The notes under the pieces are model-generated. The model was not told where the DNA came from and ran no database searches. It saw nothing but the letters and a program-made list of their open reading frames with translations. This document shows positions 34,731 through 51,070 of a stretch of 64,000 nucleotides of DNA, in pieces. Source of the stretch: an uncultured delta proteobacterium (GTDB lineage: Bacteria; Myxococcota_A; Polyangia; Fen-1088); assembly GCA_963767925.1 (NCBI GenBank), contig CAVYGB010000009.1:224001-288000 (forward strand), read 5' to 3'. Position 1 is the first letter of the stretch; every line of letters begins with the position of its first letter. Both the position numbers and the translations under genes were made by a program.

Positions 34731-35963
34731 TCAGCGGTCGGCGGTGCGGACGGCGGCCGAGCCGCCGGCGAGGGGGATGTGGATGCCGGGGTCGAGCAGC
34801 TCGGTGCCGGTCCACTCGAGCACCTCGATGCGCTTCTCGGCCATCACGCCGGCCAGGATGTGGCGCCCGTCGGGGGCGAAGGCGGCGCCCTGGGCCCAGC
34901 CGCCGATGTTCGCCTCGGCGGCCTTCCGCAGCGTCTTGCCCTCGACCCGCAAGATGACGAGCTTGCTGTTCGGCGACTTGTAGGCGAAGTCGGCCGGCTT
35001 GTTGCTGCCGTTCTGGACCACCGCCGCCACCACGCTGCTGTCGGGCGAGACCTTCACCCCCTCGGTCGAGATTCCGACCGTGACCGTGTTGACCACCCGG
35101 GGGGGCGACGTCTCGAGGTCGATCAGGCTGACGGTGTCGAGGTCGCCGAGGCCGAAGCCCAGGTTGCCGACCACCGCGAACCGGCCGTTGGGGGCGATGT
35201 CGATCGAGTAGGGTTTGAGGCCGGCATAGAAGTCTCGGGTGGCGGTCACGGTGGTCCCGTCGATGGCCAGCAGCGTGAGGCGGTGGTCGGCGTCGTTGGT
35301 GACGATGGCCAGCTTGCCGTCGGGGCTGATGGCGACGTGGGCGGCCTGGGGCTTCTGGTCGGGCTTGGCCGGATCGGAGACCACCACCTTGCCGACCGGG
35401 GTGACGGTCTGGCCGTCGATGGTGAGGATCGAGACGGTGCCCTCGGCCCGGTTGGCGACCAGGGCCAGCTTGCCGTCGCGGCTGATGGAGACGCCGGAGG
35501 GCTGCTTGCCCCCCTGCACGGTGGCCAGCACCCGGGGCGGCATGGCCCGCAGGTCGATGACCGTGATGCGGTCGTCGGGGATCAGCCGGGAGGCGTCGAG
35601 CGGATCGACCTTCATCGGTGAGGTGACGAGGGCCAGGCTCTCGTCGGGGGCGATGGCCACGCTGGTGGGTGGGCCCTGCACGCTCCCCGGCACCTCCAGC
35701 TCGGCCGCCAGCCGGGGGGGCGAGACGCTGAGGTCGATCAGGCTGATGGTGTCCGGCCGGGGGGTCGCGGCGACCCGGACCACGCCCGCTTCGAGGTAGT
35801 TCTTGTTGTCGTTGGTGCTGATCGCCCAGCGGACCGCACCACCGGCCGGAGCGCCCGCGCCGTCGGCGTCGGCCCGGCGGCAGCCGAGCCAGGCGCCGGC
35901 GGCCACCAGCGCACCGAGGCCGAGCACGACGAGGCCGTTTTTCGAGAGCGTTGCGGTCATCAT
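34731..35963 (-). CDS. YncE/YVTN-like beta-propeller lipoprotein
   Basis: WLGC lipobox; repeated AI(S/A)PDG..A.V.N blades. Confidence 0.8.
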   Translation of the reverse strand: MMTATLSKNGLVVLGLGALVAAGAWLGCRRADADGAGAPAGGAVRWAISTNDNKNYLEAGVVRVAATPRPDTISLIDLSVSPPRLAAELEVPGSVQGPPTSVAIAPDESLALVTSPMKVDPLDASRLIPDDRITVIDLRAMPPRVLATVQGGKQPSGVSISRDGKLALVANRAEGTVSILTIDGQTVTPVGKVVVSDPAKPDQKPQAAHVAISPDGKLAIVTNDADHRLTLLAIDGTTVTATRDFYAGLKPYSIDIAPNGRFAVVGNLGFGLGDLDTVSLIDLETSPPRVVNTVTVGISTEGVKVSPDSSVVAAVVQNGSNKPADFAYKSPNSKLVILRVEGKTLRKAAEANIGGWAQGAAFAPDGRHILAGVMAEKRIEVLEWTGTELLDPGIHIPLAGGSAAVRTADR

Positions 35964-36104
35964 GGGGAGCTCCTTCCTTCCGGGTCTTCCGCGCGAGGTC
36001 GGCATATTACTCTCCCGACCGAAAACGCGAAATGCCGTCGCGCGGCCGCCGGGTCAGGCCCTGCGGGGTGGTCCCCGGGCGGAACATCTGCGACGATCGA
36101 GGCA

Positions 36105-36902
36105 ATGTCCGACGCGAAGCCGCCCTCCGACGATCCGCCGCTCACGGTGCCCGGGACCGGGCTGACCTACGGGAGCTACCTGCGGCTCGACGAGCTGCTG
36201 GCCTTGCAACAGCTCCGCAGCAGCCCCCAGGAGCACGACGAGATGCTGTTCATCGTGATCCATCAGGTCTACGAGCTGTGGTTCAAGCAGGTGCTGCACG
36301 AGCTGGATCGGCTGGAGGCCAGCTTCGCCGCTGGACAGACCGGCGCCGCGCTGGGGACCTTCAAGCGCATCCTCACCATCCTCAAGACCCTCGTCGCGCA
36401 GGTCGACGTGCTCGAGACCATGACCCCCATCGAGTTCGGGTCGTTCCGCACCCGCCTCGAGTCGGCCAGCGGCTTCCAGTCGCAGCAGTTTCGCTTGATC
36501 GAGGTGCGGCTGGGCAAGCGCGACCCCCGCCTGCTGGCTTACCTCGACCACCCCGGCGGCGACCAGCAGGCCAAGCAGCGGCTGGGCGCGGCCCTGGCCC
36601 AGCCCAGCCTGTACGCCCGCTTCCTGCAGTTCCTGGTCAGCCGGGGCGCGGCGCTGGGAGATGATCCCCGGCCCGGCCTGATCGACATCTACCGCCGGCA
36701 GCCCGACCTGGCGGTCGTCTGCGAGCGCATGGTCGACCTCGACGAGGGGCTGCTCGAGTGGCGCTACCGCCACGTCAAGATGGTCGAGCGCACCATCGGC
36801 CTCAAGCCGGGCACGGGCGGCTCGGCCGGCGCCGGCTACCTGCGCACCACCCTGGCCGAGCCGCTGTTCCCCGACCTGTGGTCCATCCGCAGCGAGCTGT
36901 GA
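36105..36902 (+). CDS. kynA: Tryptophan 2,3-dioxygenase
   Basis: Y.SYL.LDELL, HDEMLFIVIHQVYELWFKQ, ASGFQS.QFR and ERTIG.K.GTGGS. Confidence 0.93.
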   Translation: MSDAKPPSDDPPLTVPGTGLTYGSYLRLDELLALQQLRSSPQEHDEMLFIVIHQVYELWFKQVLHELDRLEASFAAGQTGAALGTFKRILTILKTLVAQVDVLETMTPIEFGSFRTRLESASGFQSQQFRLIEVRLGKRDPRLLAYLDHPGGDQQAKQRLGAALAQPSLYARFLQFLVSRGAALGDDPRPGLIDIYRRQPDLAVVCERMVDLDEGLLEWRYRHVKMVERTIGLKPGTGGSAGAGYLRTTLAEPLFPDLWSIRSEL

Positions 36903-36910
36903 CGGCGGCG

Positions 36911-38113
36911 ATGTACACGCTCGCCCAGCTCCGCGCAAACCCCAGCCCGCTGGCCGCGGCCTACCGGCGCTTCCGGGTGGCCGAGCGGCTGCTGCTGACC
37001 GGACACTCGCACCAGGCCTGGCCGGACGTGGCCCGCGAGGGGCTGCTGCAAGCCTTCGACGACGCCGCCGGTGAGGTGGATGAAAAATGGGCGCGCGCGT
37101 TCGAGCGGGCCGACCTGGTGCGCGCCGGCTTCCGGCGCTTGCTCGACGATCCCGGCGGGCACATCGCCCTGGCGGCGAGCAGCCACGACGCCCTGGTGCG
37201 GTTCCTGTCGGCCTTGCCCCTGCGGCAGCGGCCCGCGCTGCTGACCACCGACGGCGAGTTCCACTCCCTGCGCCGCCAGCTCGCCCGCCTGGCCGAAGAG
37301 GGCGTGGAGGTCACCCGGGTCCCGGCGCTGCCCGCGGCGACCCTGGTCGAGCGGATGATCCACAACCTGCAAACCCGGGCCGACCGCACCGCCGCCGTGA
37401 TGCTCTCGACGGTGCTGTTCTCGCGGGGACACCTCGTCCCCGGGCTGACCGCGCTGCAGGAGGCCTGCGACGCCGCCGGGGTGGCCCTGCTGCTCGACGC
37501 CTACCACCACCTCGGCGTGGTCCCGTTCTCCGTCGCGCGCGAGCGCCTGCACAACGCCTTCATCACCGGCGGGGGCTACAAATATTGCCAGCTCGGGGAG
37601 GGCAACTGCTTCCTGCGCTTCCCCGCGGGCTCGAGCCTGCGCCCGGTGGTCACGGGCTGGTTCGCCGAGTTCCAGCTCCTGCCGAGCGCGCAAGCCGGCG
37701 GAGCGGTGGCCTATCCCGAAGGCCCCGATCGCTTCGCCGGCGCCACCTACGACCCGAGCAGCCACTACCGGGCGGCGGCGGTGTTCGACTTCTCCGCCCG
37801 GCAGGGCCTCGAGGTCCCGCTCCTGCGCCAGGTCAGCCAGCACCAGGTCGGCCGTCTGGCCGCCGGCTTCGACGCCCTCACGCTCGACCCGGCGGTGATC
37901 CGCCGCGATCCTTCGGTCGCCCTGTCCGACCTCGGCGGCTTCCTGGCGCTCGAGACGCCGCGGGCCGCCGACCTGCTGGCCGGCCTGCGCGCCCGCGGTG
38001 TCCTTGCCGACGCGCGCGGCGACTTGCTGCGCCTGGGCCCCGCCCCCTACCTCTGCGACGACCAGCTCGACGCCGCCCTGCAGGCCCTCGCCGAGGCCGC
38101 CCGGGCACCGTAG
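36911..38113 (+). CDS. kynU: Kynureninase (class V PLP enzyme)
   Basis: TDGEFHS, DAYH, GGYKY and GWF motifs; adjacent to kynA. Confidence 0.8.
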   Translation: MYTLAQLRANPSPLAAAYRRFRVAERLLLTGHSHQAWPDVAREGLLQAFDDAAGEVDEKWARAFERADLVRAGFRRLLDDPGGHIALAASSHDALVRFLSALPLRQRPALLTTDGEFHSLRRQLARLAEEGVEVTRVPALPAATLVERMIHNLQTRADRTAAVMLSTVLFSRGHLVPGLTALQEACDAAGVALLLDAYHHLGVVPFSVARERLHNAFITGGGYKYCQLGEGNCFLRFPAGSSLRPVVTGWFAEFQLLPSAQAGGAVAYPEGPDRFAGATYDPSSHYRAAAVFDFSARQGLEVPLLRQVSQHQVGRLAAGFDALTLDPAVIRRDPSVALSDLGGFLALETPRAADLLAGLRARGVLADARGDLLRLGPAPYLCDDQLDAALQALAEAARAP

Positions 38114-38134
38114 AGCACCGAACGCCCAGGTGGA

Positions 38135-38683
38135 TCAGTTTCGGCAGGCCGCCTTGGCGGAGGTGGCGCAGTCGGATTCTTTCATCGCCGCGCTCTGGGG
38201 GACGGTGGCCGCCCGGCACAGGTGGCCGGCCTTGCACGCGTCGCCGTCGCTGGCGCCGCCCTTGAAGCCGGTCATGCACTCCATGAGGCTGGCCCAGTGG
38301 TCGTTGCCCCCGAAGCCGCAGACCTTCTCGTAGACCGGACAGAACTCGGCCGGTGTGTAGCCCGACATCACCGGCTCGCCGCAGCCGGGCCAGGGGGAAG
38401 GCGGTGGGCGGTCTCCGGCGGCCGCGTCGATCGGCCGCGCGCCCCCCGCGTCCTGCGCGCTCGACCCGCCGCCTCCGCCGCCGCTGCCGCCCGATCCGCC
38501 GCTGCCCGCCGAGCCAGCGCTGCCGCCCGATCCACCATCGCCGCCGGCCGATCGGGGTGGCCCCGTCGAGCCGTCGCGCTCGAGGGTCACGCCGCCCTCG
38601 GGCCGCGGACCTTTGTCCACCAGCTCGATGCAGCCAATAAGAGATATAGCCATCGACAGGGCCGTCAGCGCGCGTGTGACCAT
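38135..38683 (-). CDS. Cys-rich lipoprotein with Gly/Ser linker
   Basis: LIGC lipobox, GGSG repeats, C-terminal domain with eight Cys. Confidence 0.6.
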   Translation of the reverse strand: MVTRALTALSMAISLIGCIELVDKGPRPEGGVTLERDGSTGPPRSAGGDGGSGGSAGSAGSGGSGGSGGGGGGSSAQDAGGARPIDAAAGDRPPPSPWPGCGEPVMSGYTPAEFCPVYEKVCGFGGNDHWASLMECMTGFKGGASDGDACKAGHLCRAATVPQSAAMKESDCATSAKAACRN

Positions 38684-38830
38684 CGCGTGCTGAAGTGATC
38701 CGAGTCGCTCGCCAGCGCTCCTCTCATCAGCGCCGCGACGTTCTTCGCGGACCTGCACGATGCGTCCACCCGTCGCCGCCGCTGGTCGGCGCGTCTTCCG
38801 GTCCGACAAATCCAGGGTGCCGGACCGCGT

Positions 38831-43358
<4,528 letters not shown>

Positions 43359-43419
43359 TCACGTGGATCCGCGGACCAGGAGGCTGGCCCGGCGGTAGGC
43401 GCAGGGGAAGGGGAGGGCC

Positions 43420-46400
43420 ATGGGTGGAGGTGGTGCGCGAGGTCGGTGGCTCTCGGGCTGCGTGCTGGCCCTGCTGGCGGCGTACAGCGCGCCCGCCCAG
43501 GCGGTGCCGATGGAGCTGGTCCATCGCGGCTACCTGCAGGACGCGGACGACGCCCCGGTCAGCGGGACGTTGACCTTCAGCTACCGGTTGTACGTCAACG
43601 CCTCCGACGTGACGCCGCTGTGGGAGGACACCTTCGCGGTTGTCGTCACCGCCGGCGACTACGAGGTCTCCCTGGGCAGCCAGGTGCCGCTGACGGCGGC
43701 GCTGTTCTCGCAGCCGCTGTTCCTCGAGGTGACGATCGAGGACGACACCCTGACCCCGCGGACCCAGCTCACCTCGGTCCCCTACGCCATCGCCGCTGGC
43801 ACCGTGGAAAATGCCACCGGCGACATCACGCCGAGGAGCGTCTCGGTTGGCGGGCAGACCGTCGTCGATCAGCTGGGCATCTGGCGAGGCAGCGCCGACG
43901 GTCTGCGGGGACCGGCCGGTCCCACCGGCGCCACCGGACCGCTGGGTCCGGCGGGCGCGCCGGGCACCCTCGGTGATTCGGGCCCCGCGGGGCCGACCGG
44001 GGCGACGGGCGCCACCGGGGTGATCGGCGCCGCGGGCGCGACCGGCGCCGCCGGAGAGGCGGGGGCGACCGGCCCCGCCGGGTTGACCTGGCAGGGGCCC
44101 TTCTCGGCGGTCGTGCTCTACGGCGCTGACGACGTTGTGTCGAGCGGGGGCTCGTCGTACCGCTGCCTGAGCGCGAGCGCCTGCGCGGGGCAGGCCCCGC
44201 CCGAAGGTGGCAACGCGGACTGGCAGGTGCTGGCTGCCGCGGGGGCGCCGGGTCCGACCGGGACGCCCGGCGCGCAGGGCCCGGTCGGTCCGGCCGGGGT
44301 GAGCGGCGAGCGGGGTTCGACCGGCCCGGCCGGAGCAGCGGGTGAGCCCGGGGCCGCGGGCCTGACCGGTCCGATCGGACCGCAGGGCCCGACCGGTCTG
44401 GCGGGCGTCGACGGAGAGTCGGGCGCCATCGGCGCGCGCGGCGCCACCGGGCCCCAGGGCCCGCCGGGGGCCACCTGGCGCGGACCCTTCAGCGCGGTGA
44501 CGGGTTACGAGAAGGACGACCTCGTCCGCGCCGGCGGCGCGAGCTACCTCGCCCGGCGCGCGGTCGAGCCCAGCCCGACGCCACCGACCGAGGGCGAGGA
44601 CTGGGCGCTGCTCGTCGCGGCGGGCGCGGAGGGGGCGACGGGGGCGACAGGTCCCGCCGGCGCCGTCGGCGAGTCCGGTCCGCCGGGAGCCGCCGGACTG
44701 ACCGGTCCGGCTGGTGCGCTGGGGGCCACCGGCGCGACGGGCGCGACCGGCGCCACCGGTCCGGCGGGCGCCGCGGGCGCGATCGGACCCATCGGAGCGC
44801 AGGGCGCCGCCGGTGCGCAAGGCGCGATCGGTCCGACGGGCGCGACAGGTTCGATCGGCGCGAGCGGCGCGCTGGGGGCCACCGGTCCGGTCGGCGCCAC
44901 CTGGCGGGGATCGTTCAGCGCGGTCGTGAGCTACGAGGCGAACGACGTCGTCCTCTCGGACGGATCGAGCTACCTCGCCCGGCGCTCGGTCGAGGCGAGC
45001 GCGACGCCGCCCGCGGTCGGCGCCGACTGGAACCTGCTCGCCCAGGCCGGCGCGGCCGGCGGCACCGGTCCGACCGGCGCGACAGGCGCACGAGGTGAGA
45101 CCGGTCCCGAGGGCGCCACCGGCGCGACCGGCGCGGTCGGAGTCGAGGGTGCGGCTGGCGCCACCGGTCCGACGGGCGCGACCGGCGCGGTCGGGGCCGA
45201 AGGCGCGGTGGGGGCCAAAGGTCCCCTGGGCGCAACCGGGGCGGTCGGGCCCGCGGGTGAGCTGGGTGCCACCGGTCCGGCAGGTGCGACCGGAGCGGCT
45301 GGCCCCGCCGGTGAGCTGGGTGCTACCGGACCGGCGGGTGCAACCGGGGCAGCCGGGCCCGCCGGCGCCACCGGGGCGACGGGCGCGACGGGCGCGATCG
45401 GCTCCGCGGGCGCAACCGGCGCCGTCGGTGCGACCTGGCAAGGGCCGTGGCGCGCCGGGATCAGCTACGCCGAACGCGACATCGTCAGCTCCGGAGGTTC
45501 GAGCTACCTCGCCCGGCGCTCGGTCGAGGCGAGCGCGACGCCTCCCGCGGTGGGCGCCGACTGGGCGTTGATCGCCCCGGCCGGGGCGAACGGCGCCGCG
45601 GGCGCGGAGGGTCCGGCCGGCGAGCCGGGTGCTCCGGGTGTTGCCGGCTCAAAGGGTCCGGCCGGCGCACCGGGGGCCATCGGGCCGACTGGCGCCACCG
45701 GCCCCGCCGGTGAGCCGGGTGAAACCGGCCCCGCCGGCCCCGCCGGCGAGGTGGGTCCCGCGGGCATACCGGGCGCGGTCGGACCGCCGGGAGAGACCGG
45801 CGCCTCCGGATCCGCGGGCGCACCGGGGGCACCGGGCGCCGTCGGGCCCACCGGCGCCACCGGCCCCGCCGGCGCGACCGGCGCGCCAGGCGCCACGGGC
45901 GCGACCGCGCGCTGGCGCGGCGCCTGGAGCGAGGCGCTCGGCTACGACCAGCACGACGTCGTCAGCTCCGAGGGCTCGAGCTACATCGCCCGGCGCTCGG
46001 TCCCGGCCAGCCCGACGCCGCCCTTCGTGGGCGACGACTGGGCCCTTGTCGCGCTGGCCGGCTCGCCCGGTGCGCGCGGCGCGCTCGGTACGGCCGGTGC
46101 GCGCGGCGAGACGGGCGCGATCGGCCCCACCGGCGCGCCGGGTGCCCCCGGATCGGCCGGTCCGCCCGGCGCCCCCGGTCCCGCCGGCCCGACCGGCGCC
46201 CCTGGACCGGCTGGCCCCCCGGGCGCCCTCGGCCCCCCGGGCGCACCCGGCGCGCCTGGATTGACCGGCCCGACCGGATCGCCCGGTGCCACCGGGCCGA
46301 CCGGCGCCACCGGCGCGCCAGGTCCGGCGGGGGCCGCCGGCGCCACCGGCGCGACCGGCGCGGCCGGGGCCGTGCGGGCGACCTGGCTGGGCGCCTTCAG

Positions 46401-47178
46401 CGCCGTGATCAACTACCAGCCGGACGACATCGTCCGCTCGGCGGGCGCGAGCTTCCTCGCCCTGCGCGCGGTCGCCGCCAGCGCGACCCCGCCAGCCCCC
46501 GGCGCCGACTGGGACGTGATCGCCGCCGCCGGGGCCGCGGGCGCGCCCGGCGCCGCCGGCGCCACCGGAGCCACGGGCCCGACCGGAGCCACGGGCCCGA
46601 CCGGAGCCACGGGCCCGACCGGAGCCACGGGCGCCGATGGCATCGCGGGCGCGACCGGCGTCGCGGGCCCCATCGGGCCGACCGGCGCGAACGGCGCGAT
46701 GGGTGCGATCGGGGCGACCGGCGCGACGGGCCCCACCGGCACGGCAGGCCCGCGGGGGGCCACCGGGGCGACGGGCGCGACGGGCCCCTCGGGACCCCAG
46801 ATCGGCGCCGTCTTCGCGATGAGGGGCTCCATCTCGACCAGCCCGAATCCGGTGCTGGTCAATCCGGCGACCGGAACGGTGGGCACGGTCCTCACCGCAC
46901 TCGACGCGAAGATGATGTCGGTCTGCACCGTGCAGGCGTTCTTCGTCAACAGCAAGAACGCCGGCGGGGTCCAGCCCATCGTTGTCACCCTGATGAAAAA
47001 CGGAGCGGCGACGGCGGTCACCTGCAGCTTGAACACGTCGACGCTCAGTGAAGGCGTGAACTGTTCGGACACCACCAACACCGCGTCGTTCACGATGGAA
47101 GACCGGGTCTCCCTGCAACACCAGTTCACCGGCACGGCCGTCTCCCACTCCCTCGGGTGGGGAATCGTCTGCAACTAG
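43420..47178 (+). CDS. Secreted collagen-like fibre protein, chain A
   Basis: Signal peptide ending AQA; about 135-aa N-domain ending SVPYA..A; 7 GXY segments; 6 W.G.(F/W)S...Y...D.V..GSSY modules; 4-Cys C-domain. Confidence 0.9.
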   Translation: MGGGGARGRWLSGCVLALLAAYSAPAQAVPMELVHRGYLQDADDAPVSGTLTFSYRLYVNASDVTPLWEDTFAVVVTAGDYEVSLGSQVPLTAALFSQPLFLEVTIEDDTLTPRTQLTSVPYAIAAGTVENATGDITPRSVSVGGQTVVDQLGIWRGSADGLRGPAGPTGATGPLGPAGAPGTLGDSGPAGPTGATGATGVIGAAGATGAAGEAGATGPAGLTWQGPFSAVVLYGADDVVSSGGSSYRCLSASACAGQAPPEGGNADWQVLAAAGAPGPTGTPGAQGPVGPAGVSGERGSTGPAGAAGEPGAAGLTGPIGPQGPTGLAGVDGESGAIGARGATGPQGPPGATWRGPFSAVTGYEKDDLVRAGGASYLARRAVEPSPTPPTEGEDWALLVAAGAEGATGATGPAGAVGESGPPGAAGLTGPAGALGATGATGATGATGPAGAAGAIGPIGAQGAAGAQGAIGPTGATGSIGASGALGATGPVGATWRGSFSAVVSYEANDVVLSDGSSYLARRSVEASATPPAVGADWNLLAQAGAAGGTGPTGATGARGETGPEGATGATGAVGVEGAAGATGPTGATGAVGAEGAVGAKGPLGATGAVGPAGELGATGPAGATGAAGPAGELGATGPAGATGAAGPAGATGATGATGAIGSAGATGAVGATWQGPWRAGISYAERDIVSSGGSSYLARRSVEASATPPAVGADWALIAPAGANGAAGAEGPAGEPGAPGVAGSKGPAGAPGAIGPTGATGPAGEPGETGPAGPAGEVGPAGIPGAVGPPGETGASGSAGAPGAPGAVGPTGATGPAGATGAPGATGATARWRGAWSEALGYDQHDVVSSEGSSYIARRSVPASPTPPFVGDDWALVALAGSPGARGALGTAGARGETGAIGPTGAPGAPGSAGPPGAPGPAGPTGAPGPAGPPGALGPPGAPGAPGLTGPTGSPGATGPTGATGAPGPAGAAGATGATGAAGAVRATWLGAFSAVINYQPDDIVRSAGASFLALRAVAASATPPAPGADWDVIAAAGAAGAPGAAGATGATGPTGATGPTGATGPTGATGADGIAGATGVAGPIGPTGANGAMGAIGATGATGPTGTAGPRGATGATGATGPSGPQIGAVFAMRGSISTSPNPVLVNPATGTVGTVLTALDAKMMSVCTVQAFFVNSKNAGGVQPIVVTLMKNGAATAVTCSLNTSTLSEGVNCSDTTNTASFTMEDRVSLQHQFTGTAVSHSLGWGIVCN

Positions 47179-47207
47179 GGCCAGCGGCGATGTCGAGGAG
47201 GAATCTG

Positions 47208-50200
47208 ATGGGTGGGCGGATGCCGGTTCGAGCCTGCAGTGTCCCCGGCCAGCGGCCGGGCGGCGCCAGAGGAAATGGTAAGAAGCGGGGAGGGCGGCTC
47301 TCGGCCTGGGCCGCGGCGCTGCTGGCGGTCGCGGTCCAGAGCGCGCCGGCGGCGGCCGCGGTGCCGCTCGAGCTCAGCCACCAGGGCTACCTCGAGGACC
47401 TCGCCGAGAACCCGATCAACGGGACCCTCAGCTTCGTGTACCGGCTGTACGCGAGCGAGACCGGCGGGGCGGCGCTGTGGCAGGACACCTTCGCGGTGGC
47501 GGTCAGCAACGGCAACTACGCCGTGACGCTCGGTAGCCAGACCCGGTTGACCGTCGATTTGTTCAAGCAGCCGCTCTTCCTGGAGATCGAGATCGGCGGC
47601 GAGGCGCTCAGCCCGCGCGTCGAGCTGACCTCCGTCCCCTACGCGATCGCCGCGCGCACCAGCGACAACGCGACCGGGGACCTCACGCCGAAGAGCGTGA
47701 CGGTCGGGGGGCAGGTGGTGATCGATCCGAGCGGCCGCTGGGTGGGCCCGGCGGCCAACCTGCCGGGACCGGTCGGTCCAACCGGACCGGTGGGCGCGGC
47801 GGGCCTGCCGGGGGAACCCGGCGCGACCGGAGAAGCGGGTCCCGAGGGCCCCGCCGGCGCGCCCGGCGGCGAAGGGGCGATCGGCTCGACCGGCCCCTCG
47901 GGGGCGGTGGGCGCGACCGGGGCCCAGGGTTCGCCCGGGCTGCTGGGGCGCGGGCCGTTCTCGGCGGTCGTGCTCTACCTGATCGACGACGTCGTCACGA
48001 GCGGAGGCTCGACCTACCTGTGCCGGAGCGCGAGCGCCTGCGCGGGGCAGGCCCCGCCCGAAGGCGGCAACGACGACTGGCACCTGCTGGCGCAGCTCGG
48101 GGCGACGGGGGCAGCCGGGGCGGTGGGGCCGGCCGGCCCCGCGGGACCCGCCGGCGCGCCGGGGGAGCCAGGCGCCACGGGCGCGCCGGGGACGCCGGGG
48201 GAAACCGGCGCCACGGGCGTGGCGGGGCCGACCGGCCCCGCGGGCGCAGCCGGACCGGCGGGCACACCGGGTGCGACGGGTGCGACGGGCGCGGTCGGCG
48301 CGACCGGGCTCCCGGGCGCGGTGGGCGCGAGCTGGCGTGGACCGTTCAGCGCGGTGCTGGGCTACCAAGCGGGCGACGTCGTCGCCTCCGCCGGGTCGAG
48401 CTACATCGCCCGGCGGGCGGTCGGACCGAGCGCCTCGCCGCCGGCCGAGGGCGAGGACTGGGACCTGGTGGCCCGCGCGGGCGCGACCGGCGCGATCGGC
48501 GCGACCGGTGCCACCGGCGCGCCAGGCGCCGCGGGCCCCGTCGGCGCCACCGGAGCGGAAGGCCCGGGCGGCGCGACGGGCGCCGAAGGTGCGGTCGGAC
48601 CGACGGGACCGGGTGGCCCTGCGGGCGCCACCGGTGAGCCCGGCGCGACAGGTCCGGAGGGCGCCGCGGGCGCGATCGGCGCGGTCGGGGCGACGGGGGC
48701 CACCGGGGCGACGGGCGCGATCGGAGCGACGGGGCCCCAGGGCGCGGTGGGCGCGAGCTGGCAGGGCGCCTGGAGCGCGGTGATGGGGTACGAGGCGGGC
48801 GACGTTGTTCGGTCGGACGGGTCGAGCTTCCTCGCCCGGCGCGCGGTCGAGGCAGGCGCCACGCCGCCCGCGCCGGGTGCCGACTGGGACGTCCTGGCAG
48901 AGGCCGGCGCGACGGGCGCCGAGGGGCCCGCTGGCGCGACGGGCGCGCCCGGGGAGGTGGGGCCCACGGGCGCCACCGGCGCCACCGGCGCGACGGGCGC
49001 CCTGGGTGCGACAGGCGCCGAGGGCGCGGTGGGGCCCGCCGGCGCCACCGGTGAGCCCGGCGCGACGGGGCCGGAAGGCCCGGTGGGCGCGACCGGTCCG
49101 GCTGGCCCGGCCGGCGCGCCGGGCGCCGAGGGGCCCGCCGGAGCGAGGGGGGCTGCTGGGCCCGCCGGCGCGACCGGTGCGGTGGGGGCGACGGGCGCGA
49201 CGGGTGCCGAGGGTCCCGCCGGTGCGACAGGCGCCGAAGGTCCGGCTGGCCCGGCCGGCGCGGCGGGCGCGATCGGACCGGTGGGGGCGGCCGCGCGGGG
49301 ACCGTGGAGCGCGGTGACCGCCTACGACCCCGGCGAAGTCGTCGGCTTTCAGGGCTCGAGCTTCGTGGCTCGGCGGTCGATCGAAGCGAGCGGCACGCCG
49401 CCTGCGACCGGGCCCGACTGGGACCTCGTGGCGGCAGCGGGTGCGCCGGGCGCGACAGGCGCGGCGGGTCCCGGGGGTGCGCAGGGGACTCCCGGCGCGA
49501 CCGGACCGATCGGTCCTACGGGCGAGCCAGGCGCGGCGGGCGCCGAAGGCGCCGCCGGCCCCGCTGGCGCGCGAGGACCCACCGGGCCGACGGGCGCGAC
49601 CGGGGCCGCCGGTCCTGCTGGTGCGCCGGGCGCAGCCGGTGTGGCGGGTGAGCCGGGCGCCACCGGTCCGACGGGCGCCACCGGTCCGACGGGAGACGCC
49701 GGTCCGACCGGTCCCCCGGGCGCGCCGGGCGGCCCCGGACCGGCGGGCGCGACGGGCGTGGGCCTGCGCTGGGTCGGCGCCTGGAGCGCGGTTGTCGGCT
49801 TCGTCGAGGACGACGTCGTGCGCTCGGGCGGATCGAGCTACGTCGCCCGCCGGGCGGTCGCGCCGAGCGCGACGCCACCGGCGGTGGGCGCGGACTGGGA
49901 CCTGATCGCCCAGCAGGGCGCGCGGGGGCCGACGGGACAGATCGGATCGACGGGCGTGCCCGGGGCAACTGGCGAACCCGGTCCGACCGGGCCTGCTGGC
50001 GCGACGGGCGCCGTCGGTGCGACCGGAACCGCTGGCCCGCCCGGCGCGGCGGGCGTGGCGGGGCCGCCCGGCGCGACAGGTGAGTCCGGTGCCGCGGGCG
50101 CAGCCGGTGTGGCAGGTGAGCCCGGCGCGCCGGGACCGATCGGTCCGCCCGGCGCGACCGGCGCGCCAGGTCCTGCGGGCGAACCCGGCGCGACCGGCGC

Positions 50201-51053
50201 GCCGGGTTCGCCCGGCGCCGACGAGACGCTGGGGATGCGCTGGCAGAGCACCTGGACCGCGGTCGTCAGCTACGACGCGGGCGACATAGTCCACGCGGGC
50301 GGATCCAGCTACCTCGCCCGGCGCGCGGTCGCGGCCAGCGCCACCGCGCCCGCGGTGGGGGACGACTGGGATCTCCTCGCCGCGGGAGGCGCGGCGGGTG
50401 CGGCCGGCGCGGCCGGAACCCCGGGCGCCACCGGTCCGGCGGGCGCCACCGGTCCGGCGGGGGCCACGGGGCCGACCGGTGCGACGGGCGCGTCGGGCGC
50501 AGCCGGCCTCGCGGGGGCCATCGGCGCGACGGGAGCCACCGGGTCGATCGGCGCTACCGGCGCGCGCGGGCCGACCGGATTTACGGGTGGCACCGGGGCA
50601 GTGGGCGCGACCGGGCCGATCGGCGCGACCGGGGCCACCGGGACGGCGGGCGGTTCGGGGGCCGCCCTCCTCATCATGGGGCGGGCAAACGGCCTCTCCC
50701 TGACGCCCGACAACTATTCCCTCTACCTCAATCCGGTGACCGGGGCGCCCTCCTCGTATTACGGCACCGATGTGCTCATGCCGAGAACGTGCCTGATCCG
50801 GAGGATGCACGCCCGGGTCATCAACCCCTCCCAGAGCGGGACCGTCGTCATCGCGATGTCCAGACCCCCGATCATCGGTCCCATCGGGTGCACGATGACC
50901 ATGGTGGCCGGGCAGACCACAACCTGCTCGGCCGACATCTCCGTCACCAACGGGAACTTCACGGCCGGCCACACCACCTCCGTACGGGTCGTGGTCAGCG
51001 GCACGACCGGGGCAACGACGCTCAGCGTGCTCTGGGCGGCGGCTTGCGACTAG
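47208..51053 (+). CDS. Secreted collagen-like fibre protein, chain B
   Basis: RBS GAGGAGG; same architecture as chain A at a constant 3857-nt offset. Confidence 0.9.
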   Translation: MGGRMPVRACSVPGQRPGGARGNGKKRGGRLSAWAAALLAVAVQSAPAAAAVPLELSHQGYLEDLAENPINGTLSFVYRLYASETGGAALWQDTFAVAVSNGNYAVTLGSQTRLTVDLFKQPLFLEIEIGGEALSPRVELTSVPYAIAARTSDNATGDLTPKSVTVGGQVVIDPSGRWVGPAANLPGPVGPTGPVGAAGLPGEPGATGEAGPEGPAGAPGGEGAIGSTGPSGAVGATGAQGSPGLLGRGPFSAVVLYLIDDVVTSGGSTYLCRSASACAGQAPPEGGNDDWHLLAQLGATGAAGAVGPAGPAGPAGAPGEPGATGAPGTPGETGATGVAGPTGPAGAAGPAGTPGATGATGAVGATGLPGAVGASWRGPFSAVLGYQAGDVVASAGSSYIARRAVGPSASPPAEGEDWDLVARAGATGAIGATGATGAPGAAGPVGATGAEGPGGATGAEGAVGPTGPGGPAGATGEPGATGPEGAAGAIGAVGATGATGATGAIGATGPQGAVGASWQGAWSAVMGYEAGDVVRSDGSSFLARRAVEAGATPPAPGADWDVLAEAGATGAEGPAGATGAPGEVGPTGATGATGATGALGATGAEGAVGPAGATGEPGATGPEGPVGATGPAGPAGAPGAEGPAGARGAAGPAGATGAVGATGATGAEGPAGATGAEGPAGPAGAAGAIGPVGAAARGPWSAVTAYDPGEVVGFQGSSFVARRSIEASGTPPATGPDWDLVAAAGAPGATGAAGPGGAQGTPGATGPIGPTGEPGAAGAEGAAGPAGARGPTGPTGATGAAGPAGAPGAAGVAGEPGATGPTGATGPTGDAGPTGPPGAPGGPGPAGATGVGLRWVGAWSAVVGFVEDDVVRSGGSSYVARRAVAPSATPPAVGADWDLIAQQGARGPTGQIGSTGVPGATGEPGPTGPAGATGAVGATGTAGPPGAAGVAGPPGATGESGAAGAAGVAGEPGAPGPIGPPGATGAPGPAGEPGATGAPGSPGADETLGMRWQSTWTAVVSYDAGDIVHAGGSSYLARRAVAASATAPAVGDDWDLLAAGGAAGAAGAAGTPGATGPAGATGPAGATGPTGATGASGAAGLAGAIGATGATGSIGATGARGPTGFTGGTGAVGATGPIGATGATGTAGGSGAALLIMGRANGLSLTPDNYSLYLNPVTGAPSSYYGTDVLMPRTCLIRRMHARVINPSQSGTVVIAMSRPPIIGPIGCTMTMVAGQTTTCSADISVTNGNFTAGHTTSVRVVVSGTTGATTLSVLWAAACD

Positions 51054-51070
51054 CGCCACCGGGGGACGTC

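Noticed and set aside
36105..38113. kynA-kynU without kynB as a novel pathway
   Set aside because: The formamidase is often encoded elsewhere or replaced, so this is not unusual.
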